Origin: a virus
Taxonomy: Duplodnaviria; Caudoviricetes
Virus record (IMG/VR): IMGVR_UViG_2596583697_000001
Coordinates: 32,001-96,000 of that record
Length of the DNA: 64,000 nt
Reading direction: 5' to 3' (one strand)
Shown: one piece after another, positions 29,838-40,909 of the stretch
Position numbering within the stretch: position 1 is the first letter of the stretch
How the letters are laid out: each line of letters begins with the position of its first letter
The notes under the pieces: generated by a model
What the model was told of the DNA's origin: nothing
What the model saw: the letters and a program-made list of their open reading frames with translations, nothing else
Databases searched by the model: none
Position numbers and translations under genes: made by a program

Positions 29838-30866
29838 ATGACATACCATGAACAAAATGATATCCAGAATATAAAAAAACTTAGAAGTATTATATCTGCA
29901 TTGCCAGCTTATTGCGAAGACTTCTTTCGGGGAATCGAGCCAAGGACTTCCTCGAAGACTAGGATTGCTTATGTGGCCGATCTGAAGCTATTTTTTGATT
30001 ATCTGATCAGAAGTGGTCAAGTAAAAGATATGGAGTCAATTACTCTTGATATGCTTTCAGGCTTGAAAATCATTGATTTTGAAAAGTATATGGAGTGGAT
30101 AAAATGTTGGACTGATGATTCAGGTAAAGAATATACCAACGGAGAAAAAGCTATTGCAAGAAAGTTGTCTACGTTGAAAGCCTTCTACAAGTATTTTCAG
30201 CAGAACGAAAGGATAGCCACTAATTCAGTATCACTTGTGCAACCACCGAAACTACGTGATAAGGAGATTATCAGGCTTGATAACGACGAAATGAAAGCAT
30301 TTATACAGGCGGTAGAAACTGGAGGTAATTTAGAAGGAAGGGAACGTGCCTTCTTTGAAATAACACAGAAGCGAGACTTTGCAATAATCATGTTGATTCT
30401 TACCACAGGAGTCCGTGTTTCTGAATGTGTTGGTTTGGATATTAATGACGTAGATTTCAAAAACAGTGGAATTAGAATCTATCGGAAAGGAGGAAAAGAA
30501 GAAACAGTATATTTCAGTGATGACACCAGAGAGGCGTTGGAACCTTATTTAGAAGAAAGAAAACAGACCGAGGCAATTAAAGGGCATGAGAATGCTCTGT
30601 TTTTATCTCTACAGAACAAACGAATATCAACCAGAAACGTAGAGGATTTGATTCCTAAGTACGCAAGGTTGGCAGGAATCCAGAAGAAGGTTACGCCTCA
30701 TACACTACGTAGAAGCTATGGAACGGCCTTATATAACGCTACAGGGGACATTTACCTAGTTGCTGGTACATTGGGCCATGCAGATGTGAACACTGCGAAA
30801 CGGCACTATGTGGCATTGGAAGACGAGAAAAAAAGAGAAAATAGAAATGCTGTTAGGCTGAGATGA
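29838..30866 (+). CDS. Tyrosine recombinase (XerC/XerS-like), catalytic residues intact
   Basis: TGVRVSE (R), RKGGK (K), PHTLRRS (HxxR), LGH (H), RHY (Y); ATG 29838 after GGAGG; flanked by palindromic sites at 29807 and 30890. Confidence 0.9.
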   Translation: MTYHEQNDIQNIKKLRSIISALPAYCEDFFRGIEPRTSSKTRIAYVADLKLFFDYLIRSGQVKDMESITLDMLSGLKIIDFEKYMEWIKCWTDDSGKEYTNGEKAIARKLSTLKAFYKYFQQNERIATNSVSLVQPPKLRDKEIIRLDNDEMKAFIQAVETGGNLEGRERAFFEITQKRDFAIIMLILTTGVRVSECVGLDINDVDFKNSGIRIYRKGGKEETVYFSDDTREALEPYLEERKQTEAIKGHENALFLSLQNKRISTRNVEDLIPKYARLAGIQKKVTPHTLRRSYGTALYNATGDIYLVAGTLGHADVNTAKRHYVALEDEKKRENRNAVRLR

Positions 30867-32371
30867 TGGAAGTGGGTGATTTGCTCCCAATAAAAGCAGT
30901 CTTTGATGAGAAAGAGAGGAAGACATTGTGAAGTATAAAATAAATTGTAAGTGGATACTCAGGCATATTCCGAATTTAATTATCAGAGTAATAACTTGTG
31001 ACAAATATTATATATGTGAAAAGTGTAATTCTATACATCGGAGAGATGGAAAAGAGCTTAGAATGGATATAGATCAGAAGCCGTCTCTATTATACAAAAG
31101 TGTAAGTTTTGAGTGCTATGTTAAACAGCAGCGGGAAGTGGGAGAACTGCTAAGGATGTCAATGTTTAAACAGTTACCATAAAACAACCTCTTAATAAGA
31201 ATGGAGAAAAAACAATATGAGTAAAGATAAGCAGCCGGTATTAAACCACGGAGACAAGATAATTTATAATGAAAACGATCCACATGTATGGTATGATAAC
31301 ATGAAAGAAGCACTTGAAAATGCAGGATTTACATTGTCTAAGGAGGTGGCGTAATGGCAGGACTAATTGTTATTATTTTAATAGTTGCATATTACAAGTA
31401 TGCAACTCGTAGGCCTAGATACGGTACCCAAGAGTATCTCGACTGGAAATATAAGAATTACCATGGCGGTGGCGAATATATGAAGTCATTAGAGAAGAAG
31501 AATATGACATGTTCATATAAAGATATCCCAATGACTCCTTCTGAAAAAGAAGCTTATAATAAGCATGAAAGAGAAAATGGAAGACCTGGAATTGAATAAT
31601 CTAAAATTGTAATCAAACCTAGATTTTGTAGAAAGTGGTGAGAACATGTGGAAATATTATATAGAAATTTTGACTGGTAGCTGTACAGGAGATTATGTTG
31701 AAGGAAAAGAGGTCCCAGGTGATGGTATTCCCGTTTGTGCCGATTTAGCAGTAGCTAAGTGGTTTGATTCACCAGATGAATTAAATAAGTGGGCAAAAGA
31801 AAATACATCGTTAAATCTTGAAGAGGGTGAGTATGCAATTTATGGAGTATATTATCCTGAACTAAAGGAGGAAGCGGTATGACAATTTGGGAAGCGGAAA
31901 AGGAAATTTTGAAAGCGCAAACACCACAGGAGATGGATGAAATTACAAATGGTTTTGATAAAAAGGACTTACAAAACATTGTTAAATTGCTTGTAGATAG
32001 AATGACTCCTGAGAATCTAAATAGAAATGAAACTATCAATGCGGATTTTGATGTCAATGATATCACTAAAGGAAAGAGTAAAGAATTTATAAGACAGTGG
32101 ATCGATAAACATTATAACTAAATCGACATTTGATCTTTATAGATATGGAGAGATACAAATGAATAAAATAATCGACTATACGATTACCGAATCGGATCTT
32201 GTAGGTATGGATGAAATATCTTTGGCCGATATGTTTCTATATGCTGATAGAGATAGAAAAGAATTTGAAGTTGCCGAAAAGATTTATTGGTGGTGTGTAA
32301 AAGAAATAAATAGAAGATTAGACGCAGGTGAGACTTCTATTTACCAAAATTAACTACAGATTATATTTATA

Positions 32372-32854
32372 GTGAGGTTAAAAATGAAAAACCCCTTTGC
32401 ACCAAATGGAATTACTTCATCAAAAATAATATATACACTAGCAAGGGAAGAATTTGGTGAATTAATTCAAAAAAGCAGAAGCTATGTTTCGTTAAAGCGT
32501 GATATTGTTAGAGCGTTAAGAAAAATGGAAACAGATGAGCGAGAAGAGAACCGGTTAAATACGTTGGTTGGAATTGAGCATTTAAAACAAAATGATTTTG
32601 GAAATTTTATATCTGTGCGTTTTGCGTATTGGGGAATGATGATTGCTATCGCCGTTATGGTTATAGGAGATGTACCAATTTATAGTTATTTCAATATGAG
32701 TAAGAGAAACTTTGGTAATGCTGTGATGACACTCTTGGGTGTTTTATTAATTGCAATGGCAAGAACCATACACACTCAACATGATCAGTTGGAATACTTA
32801 AATTTTAAATTAATATGTTTTGAAGAAATGCTCGGTAATCGAAAGAAAAATTAA
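32372..32854 (+). CDS. Two-TM membrane protein
   Basis: Two hydrophobic segments (WGMMIAIAVMVIG; VMTLLGVLLIAMA). Confidence 0.55.
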   Translation: MRLKMKNPFAPNGITSSKIIYTLAREEFGELIQKSRSYVSLKRDIVRALRKMETDEREENRLNTLVGIEHLKQNDFGNFISVRFAYWGMMIAIAVMVIGDVPIYSYFNMSKRNFGNAVMTLLGVLLIAMARTIHTQHDQLEYLNFKLICFEEMLGNRKKN

Positions 32855-32905
32855 ATAGTAATTGATAAAAGGATTGTTTCATTAGTAATAGAAAGAGAGG
32901 ATGTT

Positions 32906-33715
32906 ATGACAAGAAAGAAAAGTGAAAAGAAAGAATTAACAATAGAAGAAAGATTATTACAAGAAAAAGAAAATGGATTATTAATGGCTGAAAAAGAAAT
33001 TCCTTTTCTTAACACTCCAACATATTCGTTTAATATTGGAGATAAAGTGCGTTATGGTGCCTTAAAAGAAAGTGCCGTAGATGAAATATTTAATGATGGA
33101 AAAATATACGGATTGAAATGCATAGCTATTAATAGCAATTATGGAGACCCATATGAATATGAAACATATAGAGTAGCCACTTGGGTAGATATTAGGCCAA
33201 TGGAAAATGGAGAAACAGATTTTGCAAAGAATCAGAATATAAAACTATACTATAGTAACTCAGAATTACACAGTTTAATTCATAGTTGCTATTCTTTTGG
33301 AATTGATATGAATCCTGATTATCAGAGAGGATATGTGTGGGAGCAGGAAGATAAAGAATTGCTTATTGATAGTATCTTTAATAATATTGATGTCGGAAAA
33401 TTCGTACTCATCCATTTGTCTAATTCTGAATGGCACCAAAGAGGTTATTCCTACGAAATATTAGATGGGAAGCAGAGATTAAACACAATTATTGAATTCT
33501 ATGAAAATAGGATACAATATAAAGGGAAATTTTTTAATGAGCTAAGTTTGAAAGACCAAAGAACTTTTACTAATCATACGGTTGCGGTCGCGAATGTGGA
33601 TGAGTCGGATAAGAAGACGATTCTGAAATATTTCTTAATGCTTAATAGAACGGGTAAATCAATGGATAAAACTCAACTTGACAAAGTTGAGAAGATGTTG
33701 TGTGAAATTAAGTAG
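32906..33715 (+). CDS. DUF262 / GmrS-like ParB-superfamily protein
   Basis: PDYQRGYVW...LIDSI...EILDGKQR...FLMLN. Confidence 0.8.
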   Translation: MTRKKSEKKELTIEERLLQEKENGLLMAEKEIPFLNTPTYSFNIGDKVRYGALKESAVDEIFNDGKIYGLKCIAINSNYGDPYEYETYRVATWVDIRPMENGETDFAKNQNIKLYYSNSELHSLIHSCYSFGIDMNPDYQRGYVWEQEDKELLIDSIFNNIDVGKFVLIHLSNSEWHQRGYSYEILDGKQRLNTIIEFYENRIQYKGKFFNELSLKDQRTFTNHTVAVANVDESDKKTILKYFLMLNRTGKSMDKTQLDKVEKMLCEIK

Positions 33716-33749
33716 ATAAAATGATTATTTCATGAGTTAGGATAAATAC

Positions 33750-34415
33750 ATGAGGATTATACATTTTGGGATTCCGGTGCTAAGTGGAAAATACGGATTT
33801 AATATTTGTGCTGAAAACTATGCACTTAAAAGCAATAAATCATCATTTGACGGAAAAATGTCATGCGCTGAGTATACAGATAATGATTTTAAAATCTATA
33901 CGGATGATTTTGTCGAAAAATATTATGATGCTATTATGGAGAATTATTATTTGAATATGGAGTATTTTGCTAGACTAGATAAAGATAAGTTTCAACAAGA
34001 GGTTTTAAGTTTTGTGAATAAAAATAAATTTATTGAGGTCGAAGATTTAAATATCTATTCTGATTTTGAAGGATATTATATTATGGTTTTAGATGAATAC
34101 TCCCAAATATATATTGGAACGAGTGAAAAAGATATTGTAAAGAGAATTAGAATGCATTGGACAAACAGAAAATTATTTGATAGGCTATTGCTCCCGATGT
34201 GGGCAGTAAAAGGCTCTGTTATGAGCATTGACAGTTTTAGAGCACTAGACACTACTAGAATTTATATAAAGAAGGAAAAGGCTTTTACTAAAGAAAATTA
34301 TTATATAAATCAATTTTCCAAAGAATTTTGTATGAACAGAATAAACGGTGGAAGTCTTGAAACCATGAGAAATGAAGGAAAAGTCATGGAAGTTAAAACA
34401 CATGATTTAATCTAG
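33750..34415 (+). CDS. GIY-YIG nuclease-like protein
   Basis: GYYIMV...IYIGTS...KRIRMHW. Confidence 0.6.
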   Translation: MRIIHFGIPVLSGKYGFNICAENYALKSNKSSFDGKMSCAEYTDNDFKIYTDDFVEKYYDAIMENYYLNMEYFARLDKDKFQQEVLSFVNKNKFIEVEDLNIYSDFEGYYIMVLDEYSQIYIGTSEKDIVKRIRMHWTNRKLFDRLLLPMWAVKGSVMSIDSFRALDTTRIYIKKEKAFTKENYYINQFSKEFCMNRINGGSLETMRNEGKVMEVKTHDLI

Positions 34416-34473
34416 TACTTAAAAAAAGTAAATTAAATAATAGTTTTAAACGCTACCGAAGGGAGTATTTTAC

Positions 34474-34668
34474 ATGCATGATAATATAGTTACAAGGCTA
34501 TAAGGACCATTTCTTTTGACAGCAGAAGATGCAGAGCATAATAAAAGTTTAAATTGGTTAGAAACAGAAGAGGAGTTGTTACAATTTTCTGCTAAAATAA
34601 AAAAGGCTGATGGTAAAATAATTGGCGCAATAGGGTTTGGTGGAGCCTCTCCGGTATTTATTATATAA
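34474..34668 (+). pseudogene. Small ORF interrupted by an in-frame TAA at codon 10
   Basis: AAGGGAG RBS, ATG 34474, TAA 34501-03, frame then open to TAA 34668. Confidence 0.35.
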
Positions 34669-35663
34669 ATTTAGATTGCATGTGAAGGAGGAGAACGTGT
34701 ATTGGCGGTTGTCATTATGTTAATACAGGTGAGGGGTAGGACATAACGAAACAAAATCGGTTATCAGTGCAAAGGTGTTTTTATAAGATAAAATTTGAGT
34801 TTGATTGGGAGGAGAATAAATGGAACAACCTAACATGAAAAGAGTTAGTTGGATGGAAGTGCAAGAGCTACAAAACGGGACAAAGGTGTATGTTGAGTTA
34901 ATTGGTTCAGATTGGAGTCTTGATGAGAAGACTTCATGGAATATCAAACAGGAAGACGGATTGCATTATGAAATAGAAGATGAAAATAACTCAATTAGTT
35001 TTCCATTTGATTTTGATTATAATGGAAATAATATGAGTATTATTTGCTTCGTCAAAGAATATATTTGTGAATGTTGCAATGGTGATGAAGCCTTATATTG
35101 GAAAGATAATGAAAATAATGCTATTGTAAATAGTAAAGGAGAAATGCTTGTCACAGTTAAAGATAAAACGATGCGATATAAAGTGAAGTATTGTCCTAAC
35201 TGTGGTAATAAATTTAATCGATGAAATCTAAGGTTCATATGGAGAAGGGGCATAATATGTACATAATAAAAGATAGCAATGAGAGGTATTTTGTGAACTG
35301 GATCGGCAGCACTCCGGTGTTTAATGGGGATATATCTTCTGCAAAGGTACTTAATGAGAAGGATGCAAATAAGGCAATGAGATCGTTGAAAATGATAATT
35401 AAAGGTAATTACGAAAAAATATTGTGCGACGAGGAATTTATAAAAAGGCTGAATAGGGATAATCCTGAGTGGTATCGTCAGCAGATAGAAGAATTATTAA
35501 AGCAATATAAAGAGAAATCAAAAGAAACCCATGATTCAAATGAAGGAGCGTATTTGATATACAATCAGATTATTGACGATTTGGAAAAGATTTTATATGG
35601 ATATAAGTAGACTTTTAAATGTATTTATTGGGTAATTAGGGCACTGGTAAAGATTTTATAAAT

Positions 35664-35732
35664 AAATAAAGAAAACTGTTGACACGGTGAGAAATTAGTG
35701 ATATAGTTACGTCAGATGGAAATAAAGAAAAC
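35664..35732 (+). promoter_or_regulatory. SigA promoter flanked by two AAATAAAGAAAAC operators
   Basis: TTGACA 35679-84, 17 nt, TGnTATAGT 35702-07; motif at 35664-76 and 35720-32. Confidence 0.75.
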
Positions 35733-35771
35733 CAAAAAAACAGATTGGTATGAAAAGGAGGATATGTATAA

Positions 35772-36323
35772 GTGTCAATAGTAAAAGTGATTGGAAATAA
35801 TGTGTGTTTATTAAATAATGATAGGGTGGTTCACAGCAGGAGTATAGCGGAAACTATATATTGCGGAGAGGTGAGATATGCATATCTTCCAAAGATGCCT
35901 ACTGTTGAGGGATTAAAGTTCCATATTCAAGAGAAGGCAAGACCTGTTTTGATCGTATCAAACAATGCTAATAATAGGGCTGCTAACGGAAACGTCCAGA
36001 TTATTCCGTTTACATCAAAAGATAAGACCAGTTTACCAACTCATTTATCATTCAAGGCAGGAGAATTTGGGCTTGCAGAGGATTCAATTTTGATGGCTGA
36101 GTGTGAGACGCAGATTCCAGCTACGTTTGTTTTTGAAAAAATTGGTGAAGTAAATGATAATAAAATCATTGAAGATATCGTCCAAACGATAATTATTCAG
36201 CATGGGTTGTTTGCAAAACTTATGAAAAAGAGATATAATAAGTCGAATGTGAACCGATCAGTGTCTGATTATAAGGTTATCGAAGGGAGAAAACATAATG
36301 ACTTCGAAAGAAATATTGGATAA
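35772..36323 (+). CDS. PemK/MazF family protein
   Basis: GEVRYAYL...ARPVLIVSNNANN...IIPFTS...LPTH...EDSILMAE. Confidence 0.75.
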   Translation: MSIVKVIGNNVCLLNNDRVVHSRSIAETIYCGEVRYAYLPKMPTVEGLKFHIQEKARPVLIVSNNANNRAANGNVQIIPFTSKDKTSLPTHLSFKAGEFGLAEDSILMAECETQIPATFVFEKIGEVNDNKIIEDIVQTIIIQHGLFAKLMKKRYNKSNVNRSVSDYKVIEGRKHNDFERNIG

Positions 36324-37257
36324 TTTTTCGAAAATAGACTCAAAATCATTAACTGCGGCCAAATATATCAATGGACAGAATCCTTTTCAATATGAGGAAG
36401 AATTTGGAGCAGACTTTATTCACTTTACTGATAAGATGATATCAGATATGTTGCTTGAAAAGAAGAGGTATTATAGATTATTCTATTTATCGAAAGCAAT
36501 AACATATTACCGTCAATTCTACGACTACTGTATGAGTTGTGGATATATTAATTATAATCCTGTAAGCGATAATTCCATATATTTTACTTATTCCTATATG
36601 TTGCAAAAAATTGTTAAACTCGGAAACGTAGAATTATATTCAAGAAATTATATTACGAGTAAGTGTAATGGGTTTGATGAAAATACTCCATATTACAAGT
36701 CAATCGCCCTGTCCATCTATGAAGGTGTTAAAGACTATAACGCACTATCTAAGATAAGGTACAGTGATGTTGATTTTGAAAAAGGTACTATTAAAGTTGC
36801 CGATGATCATATTAAAATATCAGAAGAATTGCTTCAGACATATAAAGACATGTATGATATGAATTCCTTTAAGAATATGTCAAGACAAGAATACTTTTTA
36901 TTTGATGATTCTATTGATTCTTTAATAAGGCAGTTTCAGAAAAGAGGAGATGGAAAATCAAGCAATGACTTGGTTAGATTTGCAAGGTTTATGAGTTTGA
37001 AAATTGTTGAAACAGGACTGGACTGTAACTTTATTTATGACTCTGGGTTGATATTTAGGTTATCAGAAATTCTTGGAAAAGAAAGATTAGTAGAAATTCT
37101 TGAATATGATAGTGGCTTAAGTAAAAAAGAAAAAATCGAAAATAATAAAGCTATGCAAGCTGCCCTTATAAAAGCAGGAAGCAATCTTCTGTGCAAAAAC
37201 TTCTTGTTTGACTATAGAGTTTATGGCGTTTGTTTGAAAAATAATTTAATAAAGTAA
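36298..37257 (+). CDS. Integrase-fold repressor, SPbeta MrpR/YopR-like (catalytically degenerate)
   Basis: SAM-like N domain (YRQFYDYC...YNP), SIYEGV...SKIRYSDVDF, IYDSG; lacks the RHRY residues. Confidence 0.6.
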   Translation: MTSKEILDNFSKIDSKSLTAAKYINGQNPFQYEEEFGADFIHFTDKMISDMLLEKKRYYRLFYLSKAITYYRQFYDYCMSCGYINYNPVSDNSIYFTYSYMLQKIVKLGNVELYSRNYITSKCNGFDENTPYYKSIALSIYEGVKDYNALSKIRYSDVDFEKGTIKVADDHIKISEELLQTYKDMYDMNSFKNMSRQEYFLFDDSIDSLIRQFQKRGDGKSSNDLVRFARFMSLKIVETGLDCNFIYDSGLIFRLSEILGKERLVEILEYDSGLSKKEKIENNKAMQAALIKAGSNLLCKNFLFDYRVYGVCLKNNLIK

Positions 37258-38381
37258 TACTTGAGTTTAAACGTCTATTAATGACGTTTAAATTTAAGGA
37301 ACTGCAATAAATAAAGAAAACCATAATGGAGGAATATAATGGCTGAAATCGTTGAAGAGATTTTAAGCAATCAATCAAGAGGTTGCATAATTAGTATATT
37401 TACACCAACTGATAGTGATAAATACTTTATGAGAAAATATTGTGCAGCGATTAACAACAATGGTAAGAATATAATATTAATGGATGATAAAAATAAAGAT
37501 TTAAGTATCAGCATTTCTGTCGGCAATATTAAACTTCTGAATAAAGAGGAACTTTTTGATTCAATATTACTGGATTTTTTGACGGAAGATAATATTAGAT
37601 ATGAAATGTACATAGCCGATTCATTTTACTCAGCGGACATGCCTTTGGATCAAGTGCCATAATTGATGGTGCATTTTTTAAAAACATACACAAAAATAAA
37701 GAAAACCAAAAGCGAGGGTTAAATGATTTCTTTCAAAGAACTAATAATGTCAAATCAATTAAAGGACATAGTTATTCATGTGGATTATATGTCAGGTGAA
37801 TGTGTGGAAGTTGATATAAAAAAATATAAGCTTTTTAAATGCGAAGAACCAGGACAAGCACTGGTGGTGGGCGATACCCCGATTCCATCAATTAGAATAT
37901 TTACAGATAATGTGGAGCTGTTGAGTAATGAAGAAATGCTGGGAAAAGTAATTGCAATAGAAGCCAGGCACAAAGATACATATTATAACTTTTACATACA
38001 TAGTGGGCTTGACTTTACGAAAACAACAATTGAGGATGTTGCTTGAAAATGCGTATTTTATTAGAAAACAGGAGGAAAAAATAATGGGATATTACGGTAA
38101 TAATGTAGAGCCAGAAAAGAAAATAGTAAAAATCAAGGTTGAATTTGAAGCCATACCTATTAGACATATGGCTGTGCAATGCCCAGATTGCAAAAATTGG
38201 TTCCATGGGAATGATATTTATAAAGATGGCTGTAGCTGTAAGCACGATATTTTTTGGAACGAATGTGAATGTCCAAAATGCGGTAGCCGGTTCGTAGTAT
38301 CGGAGAACAGCGATATAGGTAGCGCTAATTTTCCTGAATTTTATAAAGAATGTCTTCAGAAGAAAGAGGTGTGGGAATAGG

Positions 38382-38873
38382 TTGATCAACTTAGCGGGAG
38401 TAAAAGATTGTGATAAGGACATTATCCAAGAATTAACCATTGCAAAAATACCGTATTTAAGAATAGGTAAGAGAAACAATGAAGTACCGAGCGAATACAT
38501 AGGAATTCTGAATGGCTTTGTTTTTGTACGTGCATGGTATTATTGGACAGTTAGTGGCTATATGCCATTGAAATATGCAGATGAGCTTTATGTTAAGTAC
38601 AAGGACTTGCAGATCAGAGCAGGAGGGCATGGTGGCAATGTGGCACCTTCCGAGCAGGTTACAAGCAGAGAACACAAGAAAAGATGTAGGGATTTATTTG
38701 ACTCAATGTCCTTTAAAGAATTGGTCGAATGGAAGAAGACGCATCCACTAAAAGTCGAAGAGTCTGATGAAAAATGCGTTGACCACTACCACATAGATAC
38801 GCAGCTTGGTTTGTGTAGATTTGCAGAAACAATAATTGAAAACAGTATTGTAACGGAATTTATAAACGATTAG
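38382..38873 (+). CDS. Hypothetical phage protein
   Basis: 163 aa ORF, FVRAWYYW motif. Confidence 0.6.
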   Translation: MINLAGVKDCDKDIIQELTIAKIPYLRIGKRNNEVPSEYIGILNGFVFVRAWYYWTVSGYMPLKYADELYVKYKDLQIRAGGHGGNVAPSEQVTSREHKKRCRDLFDSMSFKELVEWKKTHPLKVEESDEKCVDHYHIDTQLGLCRFAETIIENSIVTEFIND

Positions 38874-38913
38874 TTAAACAAACTCGTGTTTTGTTTAGAA
38901 AGTAGGTGATTAG

Positions 38914-40107
38914 ATGCCGGTCGAGGGCGAATGGGATTTTAACAGATTATATAATAGATGTTTTTATCAAGATCAAAAATTAGCTGGCATTAAAAAATAC
39001 ATAAAATCATGGAATTATATACCAAAAGAGTACATGTTTCATGAAGTTGCAGATGAAGATAGACTATATCTTGGCGTTGAATTAGAAATTGATAGTGGCG
39101 GAGAAGATGAGGATAAGGCGAGACATATTTGCAATGTCATGAATAGAGAAGGTGAAAATATTTATTGTAAGCATGATGGCAGTCTAAATGATGGATTTGA
39201 AATAGTGACCCACCCATGTACGCTCGATTATCACAAACAGTTAGATTATGAAGAAATGTTTGACTGGTTGGTAAAAAATAAATATCGTTCACATGATACT
39301 TCAACTTGCGGGCTGCATGTTCATATTAACAGGAGCTTTTTTGGGGAAGACAAGCTTACGAGAGATCTGTGTATTAGTAAATTACTGTATTTGTTCGAAA
39401 AGTACTGGGATAAAGTAGAGTTAATCGCCAGAAGATCCAGCAACAGATTTGCCAGGAGATTTTTACTTGAAGAAGATGACACTCCTATTGATTTATACGC
39501 TAAGTCCCAGGCATCAGATAAATATGGAGCAATTAATTTAAAACACAAAGACACCGTAGAGATTCGAATTTTCAAGGGGACTCTGAATTACAATACATAC
39601 ATTAGTACGTTGGAATTCGTTTGTGCAATGGTAAAAATTGCAAAAGAAACGGACATTTATGAAATTCAGTATGTAACATGGGATAAGATTAAAACTCAAT
39701 TTTCTGATGAGTTGAATGGATACATTTTTGAAAGAGAAGAGATAAAGATAAAAGATGAAGAATCTAAGCGTCTTCTTCGAATGAAATTTCAGTCTTTAGA
39801 AACTAATTTTAACGGAATGGGAGTCGAATTTAGTAGCAACACAAGAGTTTTGGGAGCTGATTTTTCAGATAGTTTTATGGCAGCATGGAGAAATCTTTCA
39901 ACTCAAGCTGGTATAATTAGCTCAAATCTAACTACGGCAGGTGTTGAGCAAGTGAGAGAAATAACACCAGAGGAACGCATTAGACGAGAGATAGTAGATT
40001 TGAGAAGTTGTGTAAGAAGATGCCGAAACGGTTTAGAAGAAGGTAATCTTAATAGACAGATTGCGAGACTGGAAGATGAACTACTAAGAATAAGAAGGGC
40101 TATTTAA
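38914..40107 (+). CDS. Putative amidoligase (COOH-NH2 ligase family)
   Basis: GVELE, HDGSL, GFEIVTHP, CGLHVHI, KYGAINL, TVEIRIFKGT. Confidence 0.8.
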   Translation: MPVEGEWDFNRLYNRCFYQDQKLAGIKKYIKSWNYIPKEYMFHEVADEDRLYLGVELEIDSGGEDEDKARHICNVMNREGENIYCKHDGSLNDGFEIVTHPCTLDYHKQLDYEEMFDWLVKNKYRSHDTSTCGLHVHINRSFFGEDKLTRDLCISKLLYLFEKYWDKVELIARRSSNRFARRFLLEEDDTPIDLYAKSQASDKYGAINLKHKDTVEIRIFKGTLNYNTYISTLEFVCAMVKIAKETDIYEIQYVTWDKIKTQFSDELNGYIFEREEIKIKDEESKRLLRMKFQSLETNFNGMGVEFSSNTRVLGADFSDSFMAAWRNLSTQAGIISSNLTTAGVEQVREITPEERIRREIVDLRSCVRRCRNGLEEGNLNRQIARLEDELLRIRRAI

Positions 40108-40117
40108 AATAAAATCT

Positions 40118-40909
40118 TTGTTCTATGAGAAAGGAGTGAGAAAAGTAAACACGTCGATTAAAGATTATAAAATATATAATTCTGGAATGAAAAAGTCTAT
40201 TAAAGACAAACTGTTTTTCGAGGGATTAATCGATGATTCAATAGATACATTTGTTGATTTTGGCTGTGCTGATGGACAAATTTTAGCGCAAGTACATAAC
40301 GATTTTCCAGAGTGGAAGCTAAAGGGAATAGACAATGATTATATGATGATAGAACTTGCTCAAGGAAATTGTAAGACTGCTGAATATTTTGAAAAAATAA
40401 CTGATATAACAAATAATGAAATGTCTATATTAAACTTAAGTAGCGTGATCCATGAAGTGTATTCTTATTCGTCTAGCGATACTATTGGAGAATTTTGGTC
40501 AAACGTATTTAACGGCGGATTCAAATATATTTCAATTAGAGATTTAATGGGTAGCTATGCAATTAATGCTGAAGCAGAAATTAATGATATATTAAAGTTA
40601 CAAAGGAAAACAAATAGTAAACAGTTAAATGACTTCATTTCCGTTTGGGGAAATATTTCTACTAGAAGAAATTTGGTTCATTATTTGCTTAAATATAGTT
40701 ATATAGAAAATTGGGAAAGAGAACTTAGAGAAAATTATCTTCCTATCACTGTAGAATGTTTTTTAAATATGATTCCCGATACTTATGAAATAATTTATTT
40801 TAATCATTATATTCTACCATTTACAAAAGATAGGATTAAGAAAGATTTTGATATCGAATTAAGAGACAATACACATGTAAAAATATTATTAAAGAAAAAA
40901 CAAATATGA
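40118..40909 (+). CDS. Class I SAM-dependent methyltransferase
   Basis: VDFGCADG, GID, SSVIHE; start codon uncertain. Confidence 0.7.
   Translation: MFYEKGVRKVNTSIKDYKIYNSGMKKSIKDKLFFEGLIDDSIDTFVDFGCADGQILAQVHNDFPEWKLKGIDNDYMMIELAQGNCKTAEYFEKITDITNNEMSILNLSSVIHEVYSYSSSDTIGEFWSNVFNGGFKYISIRDLMGSYAINAEAEINDILKLQRKTNSKQLNDFISVWGNISTRRNLVHYLLKYSYIENWERELRENYLPITVECFLNMIPDTYEIIYFNHYILPFTKDRIKKDFDIELRDNTHVKILLKKKQI

Noticed and set aside
17188-37257. Arbitrium (aimR/aimP) system expected in SPbeta-like phages
   Set aside because: No TPR-type receptor with an adjacent peptide gene recognised; the signal-peptide ORF 21395-21568 lacks such a partner
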